Shown here piece by piece: positions 1-9,515 of a stretch of DNA of 64,000 bases; position 1 is the stretch's first letter; every line of letters begins with the position of its first letter. The stretch comes from an uncultured cyanobacterium (GTDB taxonomy: Bacteria > Cyanobacteriota > Cyanobacteriia > Pseudanabaenales > Pseudanabaenaceae). The translations under genes and the position numbers were made by a program. Location: contig OY969811.1 of the NCBI GenBank assembly GCA_963703315.1, positions 1,472,001 through 1,536,000 on the forward strand, in the 5' to 3' direction. The notes beneath the pieces were generated by a model. The model saw only the letters and a list, made by a program, of their open reading frames with translations. It searched no databases and was not told the origin of the DNA.

Positions 1-428
1 GTTCTTCCTCAAGTCTTATTTGTAATATTCATGAACGGGTTTTAGTCTGCGTTTCCACCTATCCCAATTCGCTGCAATTACTGAGAAGAGGCGCAAGGAT
101 TGCCAACTATATGCACGCACAGCTTTATGTTCTGTTTGTCGATGATCCCGATCGCTTTTTGACGAAAGCTGAAAGTCTACATATCGAAACCTGCGAGAGG
201 CTTTGCAAGGAATTTGAAGGTACATTTATCCGAGTGCGTAATAGCCATGCTTTAGAAGCGATCGTTGATACTTCAAAAAACTATCGCATCACCCAAATCG
301 TGATGGGGGAAAGTCAAAAATCACGCTGGCAGATTTTTTTTAAAGGCTCACTTACCCAAAGAATTCTCAGGCTTCTCAAAAATGTAGATATCCATATCAT
401 TGCTACTAGTAAAAGTTCTGATTTGTAG
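1..428 (+). CDS. kdpD: KdpD-like osmosensitive K+ sensor protein, C-terminal USP domain (5' end outside window)
   Basis: Frame is open from base 3 upstream of the listed ORF: IHERVLVCVSTYPNSLQLLRRGARIANYM...ITQIVMGES...GSLTQRILR...VDIHII, typical of the short cyanobacterial KdpD. Confidence 0.8.
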   Translation, partial: SSSSLICNIHERVLVCVSTYPNSLQLLRRGARIANYMHAQLYVLFVDDPDRFLTKAESLHIETCERLCKEFEGTFIRVRNSHALEAIVDTSKNYRITQIVMGESQKSRWQIFFKGSLTQRILRLLKNVDIHIIATSKSSDL

Positions 429-483
429 AGTCAAGACATAAATAGCTGCGGCGCTAAGCGCCGCAGCTATTTATGTCTTGACT
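429..483. repeat. GC-core palindrome (26-bp perfect arms, TAA loop)
   Basis: AGTCAAGACATAAATAGCTGCGGCGC-TAA-GCGCCGCAGCTATTTATGTCTTGACT, between convergent genes. Confidence 0.9.
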
Positions 484-513
484 TGCTTGGCTATGGCAAA
501 AAACTTTGTCTAG

Positions 514-3441
514 CTAATTATTGAGTGATTTTCGATTACGCAGAAATAACTTGCGAATTTCTTCTGCGCCGATCAGAATAGGCGGACAGGCTAACAAAAT
601 TAACCAATGCCAATCTGCTAGCGAAGCTGTTCCAAACACTTGCCTGAAGGGAGGGAAATCGATGAATGCAAAGAGCGCAACACATTCCACACTAATTCCC
701 AACCAGAGCAAACCATTATTTGCTAAGGACTGACGGAATATGGAACTCCAAGAAGACCGACAGGCGAATAAATTGCCCACTTGACAAGCGACGATCGCGG
801 CTAGGGTCATAGTTGTAGCTTGGCGATAGATGGCTGTCACAGTAGGATCGGCTGTATGGTTGAGAATCATCGGTGTAACTTGTTGCAAGTCTGCCAAAGA
901 ATAGCCATAACTCCACCAAACTATAAAGAACCCTAACATTGAAAGAACTGACTCTATTACTCCCAGAAATAGATAGGCACGAAGTAGTAAGGGAACATTG
1001 AGCAGAAATTCTTTTTTGGGACGGGGCGGACGATCCATAATTCCTACTTCGGGATTTTCAGCACCGAGCGCAAGAGCAGGAACCATATCTGTACCCAGAT
1101 CTACAGCCAGAATTTGTAAGATAGTCAGTGCGGGAGGAATTTTAAAGGCAACCATTCCTAAAAAAGGCACGATTTCGGGAACGTTGGAAGCGAGAATATA
1201 GGTCATAAACTTACGAATATTCTGATAGATCGCCCGTCCTTGCTCGATCGCTACCACAATTGTCGCAAAGTTATCATCCGTCAACACAATATCTGCGGCT
1301 TCCCTTGCCACATCCGTTCCATTCTGTCCCATCGCAATCCCAATATTAGCGGCACGCAGGGCAGGAGCATCATTTACGCCATCTCCTGTAACTGCGACAA
1401 TTTCGCCGATATCTTTGTAGGCTTGTACTAATCGCAATTTATGTTCAGGAGACATTCTCGCAAACACTAAACCATAGCGATATTTCACTACCTGTCGTAG
1501 TTGGGCATCGGAGAGATGTCCCATGCCTTCACCTGTGACTACGCGCACTTTTTCGCTGACCAAGCCAATTTGACGGGCGATCGCTTCCGCAGTTAGTCCA
1601 TAGTCCCCTGTAACCATCGTGACTTTGATACCTGCTTGATGACATTGGGCGATCGCTTTGGGTACTTCTTCACGGGGTGGATCGAACATCGCCACTAACC
1701 CGATAAAGATTAAATCTTGTTCTAAATCCTGAGCCTTGAGATCGATTAATTCCTGTCCGCCTTGACGTGCTGCCAGTCCTAGCACCCGAAATCCTTGCCT
1801 TGCCAAATCATCATTAGTTTTGACAACTTCATCCCAATATTCATGGGTCAATTCCTGAGCTTGACCATCGCGCAAAAGCGAATGACAATGTTTGAGAACT
1901 TCCAATGGTGCGCCCTTGGTAAAAGCCAGATTGGGAAACTCACTAGACCATAGTTCTGAATCTTGCCACTTTAATACTACTGTCATCATCAGGCGGCGTG
2001 AGTCAAAGGGAAGTTCCCGTAAGCGTGGATACTGTTTTTGGAGTTCTTCTAAATTTAGTTCTGCCTTGCCCGCCGCTACCAATAGAGCCGCCTCAGTAGG
2101 GTCGCCAATTTCTTGCCAACGACTCGGCGCATTCAGATGAACTAATCGCGCATTAGAACAAAGGGCTGAGCCGATTAGCAAAACCTTCACTTTCCAAGCA
2201 ATTTCTGAATCTGTGGGAATATTCACCTTGCCACTGGTGGGATCGTAACCTGCCCCCGTGACTTCAATCAGCCTGTTATTTAGGACATCATGAGAATTAG
2301 AATCAGGATGCTGGGATGGTTCGAGTTCTGTCGGTAGCCAGAGATAACGCACCGTCATTTCATTCTTGGTCAAAGTGCCAGTTTTGTCGGTACAAATTAC
2401 TGTAGTTGCGCTCAGCGTTTCCACGGCTGACAGTCTCCTCACCAGAGCATTACGTCTTGCCATTCTCTTTACACCAAGGGCAAGAGCGAGGGTCACCGTC
2501 GGCAACAAACCTTCAGGGACATTGGCGACAATAATCCCGATCGCAAAGATAAAGCTCTCAGTAATATTCATGCCAATCAGCAAATAGCTGAGCGCAAATA
2601 CAGTCGCACCCATGCCAAGGGCGATCGCTGTAATCAGTCGCACAATCCGCGCCACTTGGATTTCTAGCGTACTCGGTTCACGCTTGACCACAGTAGTCAA
2701 ATGCGCTACTTGCCCAAATTCTGTCTGTGCGCCTGTGGCATAAACTACGGCTACGGCTCTGCCTGCGGCTACGGTTGAACCTGCTAGTACTAGATTCGCA
2801 ATTTCCGATGGATTTACCTTTTCCTGTAAAGGCTGTTCTCCCTGACGTTGCATAGGCTTACCACCACGCACCGAGACTGCCTCCCGTAACCTTACAGGAT
2901 AAGCATTTCTAGCTACAGGCAATGATTCTCCTGTCATTACCGATACATCCAGATATAAACTTTCTGATGAGATTAATCGCGCATCTGCGGAAATGCGATC
3001 GCCTTCTTCTAATTGCATCACATCACCACGCACCAGTTCTCGCGCAGGGATTTGCTTTAATTCTCCGTCTCGATAAACTTTCACTTGCATCGGCAAAACT
3101 TTTTTCAAAGCTGATAGTGCTTTCTCTGCTTGAAATTCTTGCCAAAAGCTAAAAATGGCATTAATCCAGATGACTGTCCAGACTGCCCAGCCTAGTTCAG
3201 GTGTGCGCGAAATAAAGGCAAGAATCCCTGCGACCCACAGCAGCAAAGCCATAAAGTGCGTCAATTGATCAATAAATCTTAGCCATAATGGACGATGGGC
3301 GGGTTCAGGTAATTCATTTGCGCCAAACTTCTCTAATCTGTCTATGGCTTCATCCTGAGACAATCCAGTGGCAGCAGTACTGAGAGATTCATAAACTTCT
3401 TCAAAGGATAACGCCCAGATCGGCTGGTGAAGTGATGCCAT
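514..3441 (-). CDS. Cation-transporting P-type ATPase, type II, with Na+/K+-ATPase (P2C)-like membrane motifs
   Basis: TGES, PEGL, DKTGT, KGAP, TGD and GDGVND motifs; 975 aa. Confidence 0.93.
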   Translation of the reverse strand: MASLHQPIWALSFEEVYESLSTAATGLSQDEAIDRLEKFGANELPEPAHRPLWLRFIDQLTHFMALLLWVAGILAFISRTPELGWAVWTVIWINAIFSFWQEFQAEKALSALKKVLPMQVKVYRDGELKQIPARELVRGDVMQLEEGDRISADARLISSESLYLDVSVMTGESLPVARNAYPVRLREAVSVRGGKPMQRQGEQPLQEKVNPSEIANLVLAGSTVAAGRAVAVVYATGAQTEFGQVAHLTTVVKREPSTLEIQVARIVRLITAIALGMGATVFALSYLLIGMNITESFIFAIGIIVANVPEGLLPTVTLALALGVKRMARRNALVRRLSAVETLSATTVICTDKTGTLTKNEMTVRYLWLPTELEPSQHPDSNSHDVLNNRLIEVTGAGYDPTSGKVNIPTDSEIAWKVKVLLIGSALCSNARLVHLNAPSRWQEIGDPTEAALLVAAGKAELNLEELQKQYPRLRELPFDSRRLMMTVVLKWQDSELWSSEFPNLAFTKGAPLEVLKHCHSLLRDGQAQELTHEYWDEVVKTNDDLARQGFRVLGLAARQGGQELIDLKAQDLEQDLIFIGLVAMFDPPREEVPKAIAQCHQAGIKVTMVTGDYGLTAEAIARQIGLVSEKVRVVTGEGMGHLSDAQLRQVVKYRYGLVFARMSPEHKLRLVQAYKDIGEIVAVTGDGVNDAPALRAANIGIAMGQNGTDVAREAADIVLTDDNFATIVVAIEQGRAIYQNIRKFMTYILASNVPEIVPFLGMVAFKIPPALTILQILAVDLGTDMVPALALGAENPEVGIMDRPPRPKKEFLLNVPLLLRAYLFLGVIESVLSMLGFFIVWWSYGYSLADLQQVTPMILNHTADPTVTAIYRQATTMTLAAIVACQVGNLFACRSSWSSIFRQSLANNGLLWLGISVECVALFAFIDFPPFRQVFGTASLADWHWLILLACPPILIGAEEIRKLFLRNRKSLNN

Positions 3442-3504
3442 GTTCGTTTACTCCTTAGATTTCTTACATTGCAAAAAGAAATTCTGTGCTTTATAGCTGC
3501 CCCT

Positions 3505-3547
3505 ATTTGAGTGAGTTGCGGCGCAAAGCGCCGCAACTCACTCAAAT
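3505..3547. repeat. GC-core palindrome within a TATAGC...GCTATA-bounded element (about 3492-3570)
   Basis: ATTTGAGTGAGTTGCGGCGC-AAA-GCGCCGCAACTCACTCAAAT. Confidence 0.85.
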
Positions 3548-3611
3548 GGTTTTAGGCTAGCGATAGCTATAACAGTCAAATTGGGAAAACCAAGTAATCT
3601 CAAATCCGATT

Positions 3612-3715
3612 TAAGTAGCTGGGCATAATTAAAAACCAGAACCAAAACCTGTGGCGCACGCGCAGCGTGCGCCACAGGTTTTGGGGTTTTATATTTAATT
3701 GCGCCCAGCTACTTA
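3612..3715. mobile_element. MITE-like element, family A (TAAGTAGCT...AGCTACTTA ends, central GTGGCGCACGC-N3-GCGTGCGCCAC hairpin)
   Basis: About 104 bp with terminal inverted repeats and TA at both ends; near-identical copies at 5402, 14732, 15816 and 48754. Confidence 0.8.
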
Positions 3716-3716
3716 G

Positions 3717-3759
3717 ATAGTTTAGAGTGGCGGTGCAAAGCGTCGTCACTCTAAACTAT
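3717..3759. repeat. GC-core palindrome (degenerate core)
   Basis: ATAGTTTAGAGTGGCGGTGC-AAA-GCGTCGTCACTCTAAACTAT. Confidence 0.8.
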
Positions 3760-3791
3760 TTTTATTTACAATCTGGATATTTACGAGATGC

Positions 3792-3872
3792 TATAGCAGT
3801 GTAGGTTTTGCTTATGCCATAAACCCAAGAAGCGAGTGGCGACGTGAAACGCCGCCACTCGCTTCTTGGGTT
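3792..3872. repeat. Family C element fragment: TATAGC end plus palindrome overlapping the aat stop codon
   Basis: AACCCAAGAAGCGAGTGGCG...CGCCACTCGCTTCTTGGGTT (3822-3872); same arms at 12488 and 45604. Confidence 0.8.
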
Positions 3873-4464
3873 AGAGTTTAAAACTGCAAGTTTTTGTTAG
3901 AGATTGCTGCAACATCTTTTGATAGCTATCATCATCAATTTCATACGCCCCAAATCTCTCAAGGTGTGGGTTCATTAGCTGAGCATCAAATAAACCATAT
4001 CCCCGCGATCGCAAATGATCTACGAGCTTAACCATCGCTACTTTGGAACCTTCAGGAATTTTAAAAAACATTGACTCGCCGATAAAAACGCCCCGAATGG
4101 CAAGCCCTAAAATTCCACCAGCTAATTGATCACCTTGCCATGTCTCAAAGCTATGCGCCCAACCTGCTTGATGCAAATTAAAATATAGCGATCGCATTTC
4201 TTTGGAAATCCATGTCGTTTCGCGATCGGCACAACCCGATACAACCTGCTCAAAGGCACTATCGATCTTCACTTCAAAGCGATTTTGATTAATGACACGC
4301 TGCAAAGATTTGGGATATCGAAAGTATCGAAAGTGCTGATCGAGGGGAATCAAGGTACGTGCATTGGTGTAATACCACTCAATCGGCTGTCCATCGCCTT
4401 CGGACATCAAAAAGTAGCCTTGGGAATAACCATCAATAATGCTGCGGATATCAAACCTTTCCAC
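3871..4464 (-). CDS. aat: Leucyl/phenylalanyl-tRNA--protein transferase
   Basis: GY..GYFLM, TWI, AHSFETW, LAGGILG, FIGESMF, SKVAMVKL, LFDAQL.NPHL motifs. Confidence 0.93.
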   Translation of the reverse strand: MERFDIRSIIDGYSQGYFLMSEGDGQPIEWYYTNARTLIPLDQHFRYFRYPKSLQRVINQNRFEVKIDSAFEQVVSGCADRETTWISKEMRSLYFNLHQAGWAHSFETWQGDQLAGGILGLAIRGVFIGESMFFKIPEGSKVAMVKLVDHLRSRGYGLFDAQLMNPHLERFGAYEIDDDSYQKMLQQSLTKTCSFKL

Positions 4465-4647
4465 AAATTTCCAACTCGCGAGTAGAGAATTTAATGCTGT
4501 AACTTATTTTAAAGTCTCTTTACAAATCAACATAGTTATTCGTGTGATTCCAGATGGTCAAATCAGACAATTAAATGAAAAATCGCGCAGTATTTACATC
4601 GATTAACTTTCAACAACATCGAACTTTTAACAACATTCCAAAAGCTT

Positions 4648-4776
4648 AAAAAAATAAATGGCTCACTCGATTTAAGTAAAATTACTTATCTAGAGTGAAC
4701 CATTTATTTATATAAATTGTTCTTAAATTTGGTATTGAAGTTCAGAATCTTTAAATGAGCCGATTCCGTTTGAATG
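4648..4776 (-). ncRNA. Candidate sRNA, copy 1 (about 129 nt)
   Basis: Starts near CAUUCAAACGGA; 5' stem CGGAAUC/GAUUCUG; 3' terminator stem with U-tract; paralogous unit 345 bp away shows compensatory changes. Confidence 0.6.
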
Positions 4777-4814
4777 ATTATATTTTGCAAGATCTTGATC
4801 AAAAACTGGGATCG

Positions 4815-4831
4815 CTTAATATTTTCTTTAT
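4815..4831 (-). promoter_or_regulatory. Upstream motif of sRNA copy 1 (ATAAAGAAAATATTAAG on - strand)
   Basis: Conserved at an identical offset in copy 2 (5160-5176). Confidence 0.5.
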
Positions 4832-4991
4832 AATTCTAGTCGGCAATTTTACTTGAGTTTAAATACTTACATCAAAAGTCTTGATGGCTCTAAATCCCAT
4901 ATCTCTGAGTAAAAATACTTAGATTTTGTGTGTGGTTATCCCTAATTGACAAAATTAGCCGCGATTAAAACGAAATTATTAAGAATTCCTA

Positions 4992-5121
4992 TAAAAATAA
5001 GTGGCTTCTTGGAGCTAGGTAAAAATTACCATTTGCCTTAAGAAACCACTTATTTTGTTATTTGTTTATTAAGTTTGTATTTAAATTCAGAGCCTATATA
5101 TAAGCTGGCTCCGTTTGAATG
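4992..5121 (-). ncRNA. Candidate sRNA, copy 2 (about 130 nt)
   Basis: Starts near CAUUCAAACGGA; 5' stem CGGAGCC/GGCUCUG; terminator AAAAUAAGUGGUUUCUU...AAGAAGCCACUUAUUUUU. Confidence 0.6.
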
Positions 5122-5159
5122 TCTCTATTTTGATCGAAAATTTGTCACTTTGGGGATCA

Positions 5160-5176
5160 CTTAATATTTTCTTTAC
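5160..5176 (-). promoter_or_regulatory. Upstream motif of sRNA copy 2 (GTAAAGAAAATATTAAG on - strand)
   Basis: Same motif and spacing as copy 1; 27 nt upstream of a shared CAAAAT -10-like hexamer. Confidence 0.5.
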
Positions 5177-5401
5177 AGTTAATTTTCTAACTTTAAAGCT
5201 TGAGTATTTGTACTTATTCTTTTAGCTATTCTAAAACGTGTTTTTGACGATATTAGCTAGCATATTTATTGATTTGGACACCTATCTAATATTGATTTTT
5301 TTATTAAATTTACTGATTCTTTAATATTGACTTTTATATAGATTTATCTCTTTTTATATCGATACATATCATTTGCGTAACAAAGTTTCCCAAAAGCTGC
5401 A

Positions 5402-5506
5402 TAAGTAGCTGGGCGCAATTAAATATAAAACCCCAAAACCTGTGGCGCACGCTGCGCGTGCGCCACAGGTTTTTGCTCTGGTTTTTTAATTATGCCTAGC
5501 TACTTA
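5402..5506. mobile_element. MITE-like element, family A (opposite orientation to the 3612 copy)
   Basis: TAAGTAGCTGGGCGCAATTAAAT...TTAATTATGCCTAGCTACTTA. Confidence 0.8.
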
Positions 5507-5507
5507 G

Positions 5508-5523
5508 GTACGGAAACACGCAC
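5508..5523 (+). promoter_or_regulatory. K-box-like heat-shock element upstream of clpB
   Basis: GTACGG-AAAC-ACGCAC versus the recalled K-box GTTCGG-NNAN-CCNNAC of cyanobacterial chaperone promoters. Confidence 0.4.
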
Positions 5524-5609
5524 TCTTTATCAAGGTAGAACCGATCCAGCTAAAAATCTAGACACTCTAAGATATTCACAGATGTTTAAACCATAGGAGG
5601 TAACTCGCG

Positions 5610-8228
5610 ATGCAACCAACTAATCCTAATCAATTTACTGAAAAAGCATGGGCGGCGATCGCAAGAACACCCGACGTGGTGAAAGCAGCCCAACAACAAC
5701 AAATCGAACCAGAACATTTGCTAAAAGCTTTGCTAGAGGAAGAAGGACTAGCAGCAAGTATTTTTAGCAAAGCGGGGATCAATATTCAACGGTTGCGCGA
5801 TCGCACCGATGAGTTTATTAATCGACAGCCCAAAGTATCGAGTTCTAATAGTGCAGTCTACTTAGGCAAAAATTTAGATGTATTACTAGATCGTGCCGAC
5901 AAGGAACGTAAAAGTTTTGGTGATGAGTTTATCTCCATTGAGCATATTCTGCTGCCCTACTGCAAAGACGATCGCTTTGGGAAGACCTTATATCAAGAAA
6001 TGGGACTTGATGAAGCTAAGCTCCGTAACATCATTCAGCAAGTCCGAGGCAATCAAAAAGTGACTGACCAAAATCCCGAAAATAAATATGAAGCGTTGAC
6101 CAAATATGGTCGCGATCTCACCGAACTGGCACGTGAGGGCAAGCTTGATCCTGTGATTGGGCGTGATGATGAAATTCGCCGCACGATCCAGATTTTGTCA
6201 CGCCGTACTAAAAATAATCCTGTCTTAATTGGTGAACCAGGAGTTGGTAAAACGGCGATCGCTGAAGGTTTGGCTCAACGCATTCTTAGTGGTGATGTGC
6301 CTGAATCGCTGCAAGGTCGTAAGCTGATTGCCCTTGATATGGGTGGACTGATTGCGGGTGCAAAGTATCGTGGTGAATTTGAGGAAAGACTAAAGGCAGT
6401 TCTTAAGGAAGTTACCGAGTCTAACGGTCAATTCATTCTATTTATCGATGAAATTCACACCGTCGTTGGTGCGGGCGCGACACAGGGCGCAATGGATGCG
6501 GGTAACTTACTGAAGCCCATGTTGGCACGGGGTGAGTTGCGCTGTATCGGTGCAACGACTTTGGATGAATATCGTAAATATATCGAGAAAGATGCCGCCC
6601 TTGAGCGTCGTTTCCAACAGGTATATGTCGATCAGCCGAATGTCGAAGATACAATCTCGATCCTACGTGGCTTGCGCGATCGCTACGAGTTACATCATGG
6701 TGTAAAAATCTCCGACACCGCACTAGTAGCCGCCGCCACTTTGTCGAATCGCTATATTAGCGATCGCTTTTTACCAGACAAGGCGATCGATCTGGTCGAT
6801 GAGTCTGCCGCCAAGCTGAAAATGGAAATTACTTCCCAACCTGAAGCCCTTGATGAAATCAATCGTAAGGTGATTCAGCTTGAGATGGAATGTCTGTCTC
6901 TGAAAAAGGAAACTGACCGCGAATCCCTAGATCGTCTGGAAAAACTGAATAAAGAATTAGGTGATCTCAAAGAAGAGCAAACCACCCTCAAAGCTCAATG
7001 GGAAGCCGAAAAGCAAGTCATTGATAACATCCGTAAGCTCAAGGAAGAGATTGAACACGTCAATGTGGAAATTCAGCAATATGAGCGCGATTACGATCTC
7101 AATAAAGCTGCGGAACTCAAGTATGGCAAGCTGACGGATTTACAGCGTCAATTAGAAGTTGGTGAGGTCAATCTTAAGGAAGCACAAACCTCTGGGCGAT
7201 CGCTCTTACGTCAAGAAGTTACTGAAGAAGACATTGCCGAAATCATTTCTAAATGGTCAGGTATTCCTGTCAGCAAGTTAGTTGAGTCTGAGAAAGAAAA
7301 ACTGTTACAACTCGAAGATGTACTGCATAATCGCGTAGTTGGTCAAGAGGAGGCAGTAACAGCGATCGCCGATGCGATTCAACGTTCTCGCGCAGGACTT
7401 GCTGATCCCAATCGCCCGATCGCCAGCTTCATTTTCTTAGGACCAACGGGTGTTGGTAAAACGGAACTGGCTAAAGCCCTTGCCGCTTATCTCTTCGACA
7501 CTGAAGAGTCAATGGTACGCATCGATATGTCCGAATATATGGAGAAACACAGCGTTTCCCGTCTAGTCGGCGCACCTCCTGGGTATGTCGGTTATGAAGA
7601 AGGTGGGCAACTTACGGAAGCTGTGCGTCGTCGCCCTTATGCTGTAATTCTCTTTGATGAAATCGAGAAAGCCCATCCCGATGTGTTTAACATCATGTTG
7701 CAAATCCTTGATGATGGACGTGTGACAGATTCTCAAGGTCGCACCGTTGACTTTAAGAATTCGATTATTATCATGACCAGTAACGTTGGTTCACAATTTA
7801 TTCTCGATATTGCAGGCGATGATTCTAAGTATGAAGAAATGCGCGATCGCGTGATGGAGTCGATGCGCTCTAGTTTCCGTCCCGAATTCCTCAATCGTAT
7901 TGATGAAATTGTGATCTTCCATGCTTTACGCCGCGAAGAGTTACGCCGTATCGTCAAGCTCCAAGTTCAACGTTTAGAGAAGAGACTAGGCGATCGCCGC
8001 ATGACGCTCAAACTTGCGGATGCTGCCCTAGACTTCATTGCGGAAGTTGGCTATGACCCTGTATACGGAGCGCGTCCATTAAAACGCATTATTCAGCGTC
8101 AATTGGAAACTCAAATCGCGAAGGGCATTTTACGTGGAGACTTCAGTGATGGCGACACAATTTTTGTGGACATTGAAAATGAACGTCTTGCCTTCAAACG
8201 GCTGTCCGCAGGTTTAGTTAGCGTTTGA
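5610..8228 (+). CDS. clpB: ATP-dependent chaperone ClpB
   Basis: N-terminus [14 protein letters not shown]; two Walker A motifs ([16 protein letters not shown]); coiled-coil middle domain; RBS AGGAGG. Confidence 0.97.
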   Translation: MQPTNPNQFTEKAWAAIARTPDVVKAAQQQQIEPEHLLKALLEEEGLAASIFSKAGINIQRLRDRTDEFINRQPKVSSSNSAVYLGKNLDVLLDRADKERKSFGDEFISIEHILLPYCKDDRFGKTLYQEMGLDEAKLRNIIQQVRGNQKVTDQNPENKYEALTKYGRDLTELAREGKLDPVIGRDDEIRRTIQILSRRTKNNPVLIGEPGVGKTAIAEGLAQRILSGDVPESLQGRKLIALDMGGLIAGAKYRGEFEERLKAVLKEVTESNGQFILFIDEIHTVVGAGATQGAMDAGNLLKPMLARGELRCIGATTLDEYRKYIEKDAALERRFQQVYVDQPNVEDTISILRGLRDRYELHHGVKISDTALVAAATLSNRYISDRFLPDKAIDLVDESAAKLKMEITSQPEALDEINRKVIQLEMECLSLKKETDRESLDRLEKLNKELGDLKEEQTTLKAQWEAEKQVIDNIRKLKEEIEHVNVEIQQYERDYDLNKAAELKYGKLTDLQRQLEVGEVNLKEAQTSGRSLLRQEVTEEDIAEIISKWSGIPVSKLVESEKEKLLQLEDVLHNRVVGQEEAVTAIADAIQRSRAGLADPNRPIASFIFLGPTGVGKTELAKALAAYLFDTEESMVRIDMSEYMEKHSVSRLVGAPPGYVGYEEGGQLTEAVRRRPYAVILFDEIEKAHPDVFNIMLQILDDGRVTDSQGRTVDFKNSIIIMTSNVGSQFILDIAGDDSKYEEMRDRVMESMRSSFRPEFLNRIDEIVIFHALRREELRRIVKLQVQRLEKRLGDRRMTLKLADAALDFIAEVGYDPVYGARPLKRIIQRQLETQIAKGILRGDFSDGDTIFVDIENERLAFKRLSAGLVSV

Positions 8229-8229
8229 T

Positions 8230-8268
8230 GTTAAAGAGTGGCAGTGCAAAGCATCGTCACTCTTTAAC
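8230..8268. repeat. GC-core palindrome, probable bidirectional terminator
   Basis: GTTAAAGAGTGGCAGTGC-AAA-GCATCGTCACTCTTTAAC fills the gap between clpB and the convergent gene. Confidence 0.75.
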
Positions 8269-9468
8269 TTAGGCAAACCAACTTTGAAAATCCTCTAGGG
8301 GGACAATCACAAAAGGATTATCTTTTAAGAGATTAATTACACTCTGATTTGAGGGATTAAGCGCCTCCAATAGACGCTCTCTAAAAGCTGAATTTTCTCT
8401 TGCCTGATAACGAAGTTCTAATTTAAACAGAGTTTGGCGATCGCTTTCAGTAGCGTCAATATAGCGGTTAGAATACTCCTCGGATAACTGTTCAAAGATT
8501 AAACGAAGTTCTTCAATGAGAATTTGCTCCTGTAAAATTTCTGAGCCTCGTTGTTCTAATTCTGAAACCGCAGTTCCCTTTTTTACCAATTTTACAAAAT
8601 CTCCCTCAGCAAATGTTGCTTTGGGATTGAAGGGACGGCGATCTTTATACCTTCTGAGAATATAATCGGGTAAGACGTTAAGAATATGATTTAAATAGAT
8701 AGAATCACAAACTACTTGATCAAAATTTGTGTCGGCATCAATTAGCCAGTCTTGGATACAAGCATCAGTGAAGGTTGCAGCACTAAAGTTGGTATCTAAA
8801 GCTTTAACTCGAAATAAATCTGCACCACCAAGATTTGCACCAGTTAAATTTGCTTTGCTTAAGTTAACGCCAAATAGTTTAGCTTTACTCAGGTTCGCTC
8901 TAGCAAGATTTGCCTCAAACAAGTTGGCAAAATCAAGATTTGCTTCACTGAGATTGGTATCACTGAGATTCGCTCCTTTGAGATTTGTCTGATTGATAAT
9001 TACAGAAGGAACTGTACTGTTGAGCAAAAGAGATTGAATATTTTTTGCTTTGACAAATTCAGGAATACCGAGACTCAGATTAGCTCTGTAAAGATTCGCA
9101 TGACTAAGATCTGCACCAGTAAGATTAGCTTCACAAAGAATTGCTTCAGTTAAAACTGCTCTTTGCAGAGTTGCATCTTGAAGTTCTGCACCACTAAGCA
9201 GGGCGACGCTAAGATTTGCATCGTTAAGATTGGCTCCACTTAGTTTCGCCCCAAATAATGTAGCTTCGCTGAGATTTGCGCCACTGAGATTTGCTTCGCT
9301 AAGGTTTGCGCCACTGAAGTTGACTTTACTCAGATTAGCTTGACTGAGATCGATCTTTTCAAAATTTGCGCCAGCCGCACTAAATCTTTGACCATTCTCT
9401 CCATGACTATCCAACCATAGCTTATGTTTGGCTAAGCTTTCTTTGAGAGACATTTTAAAAATTGCCAT
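8269..9468 (-). CDS. Pentapeptide repeat protein
   Basis: Long A(N/D)Lxx pentapeptide tracts; N-terminal H.LWL...G.NGQR motif. Confidence 0.9.
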   Translation of the reverse strand: MAIFKMSLKESLAKHKLWLDSHGENGQRFSAAGANFEKIDLSQANLSKVNFSGANLSEANLSGANLSEATLFGAKLSGANLNDANLSVALLSGAELQDATLQRAVLTEAILCEANLTGADLSHANLYRANLSLGIPEFVKAKNIQSLLLNSTVPSVIINQTNLKGANLSDTNLSEANLDFANLFEANLARANLSKAKLFGVNLSKANLTGANLGGADLFRVKALDTNFSAATFTDACIQDWLIDADTNFDQVVCDSIYLNHILNVLPDYILRRYKDRRPFNPKATFAEGDFVKLVKKGTAVSELEQRGSEILQEQILIEELRLIFEQLSEEYSNRYIDATESDRQTLFKLELRYQARENSAFRERLLEALNPSNQSVINLLKDNPFVIVPLEDFQSWFA

Positions 9469-9515
9469 GCTAGCTCCCTCTAAATTAACTTGATAAAATG
9501 GATGCTGAATAGGCT

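Noticed and set aside
3492..3872. Clustered repeats as a CRISPR array
   Set aside because: The units are different palindromes with no constant direct repeat or regular spacers, and the window has no cas genes
4690..5035. Tiny ORFs inside the candidate sRNAs (MVHSR, MVIFT)
   Set aside because: Only five codons, at non-equivalent positions, inside the terminator hairpins and without an RBS
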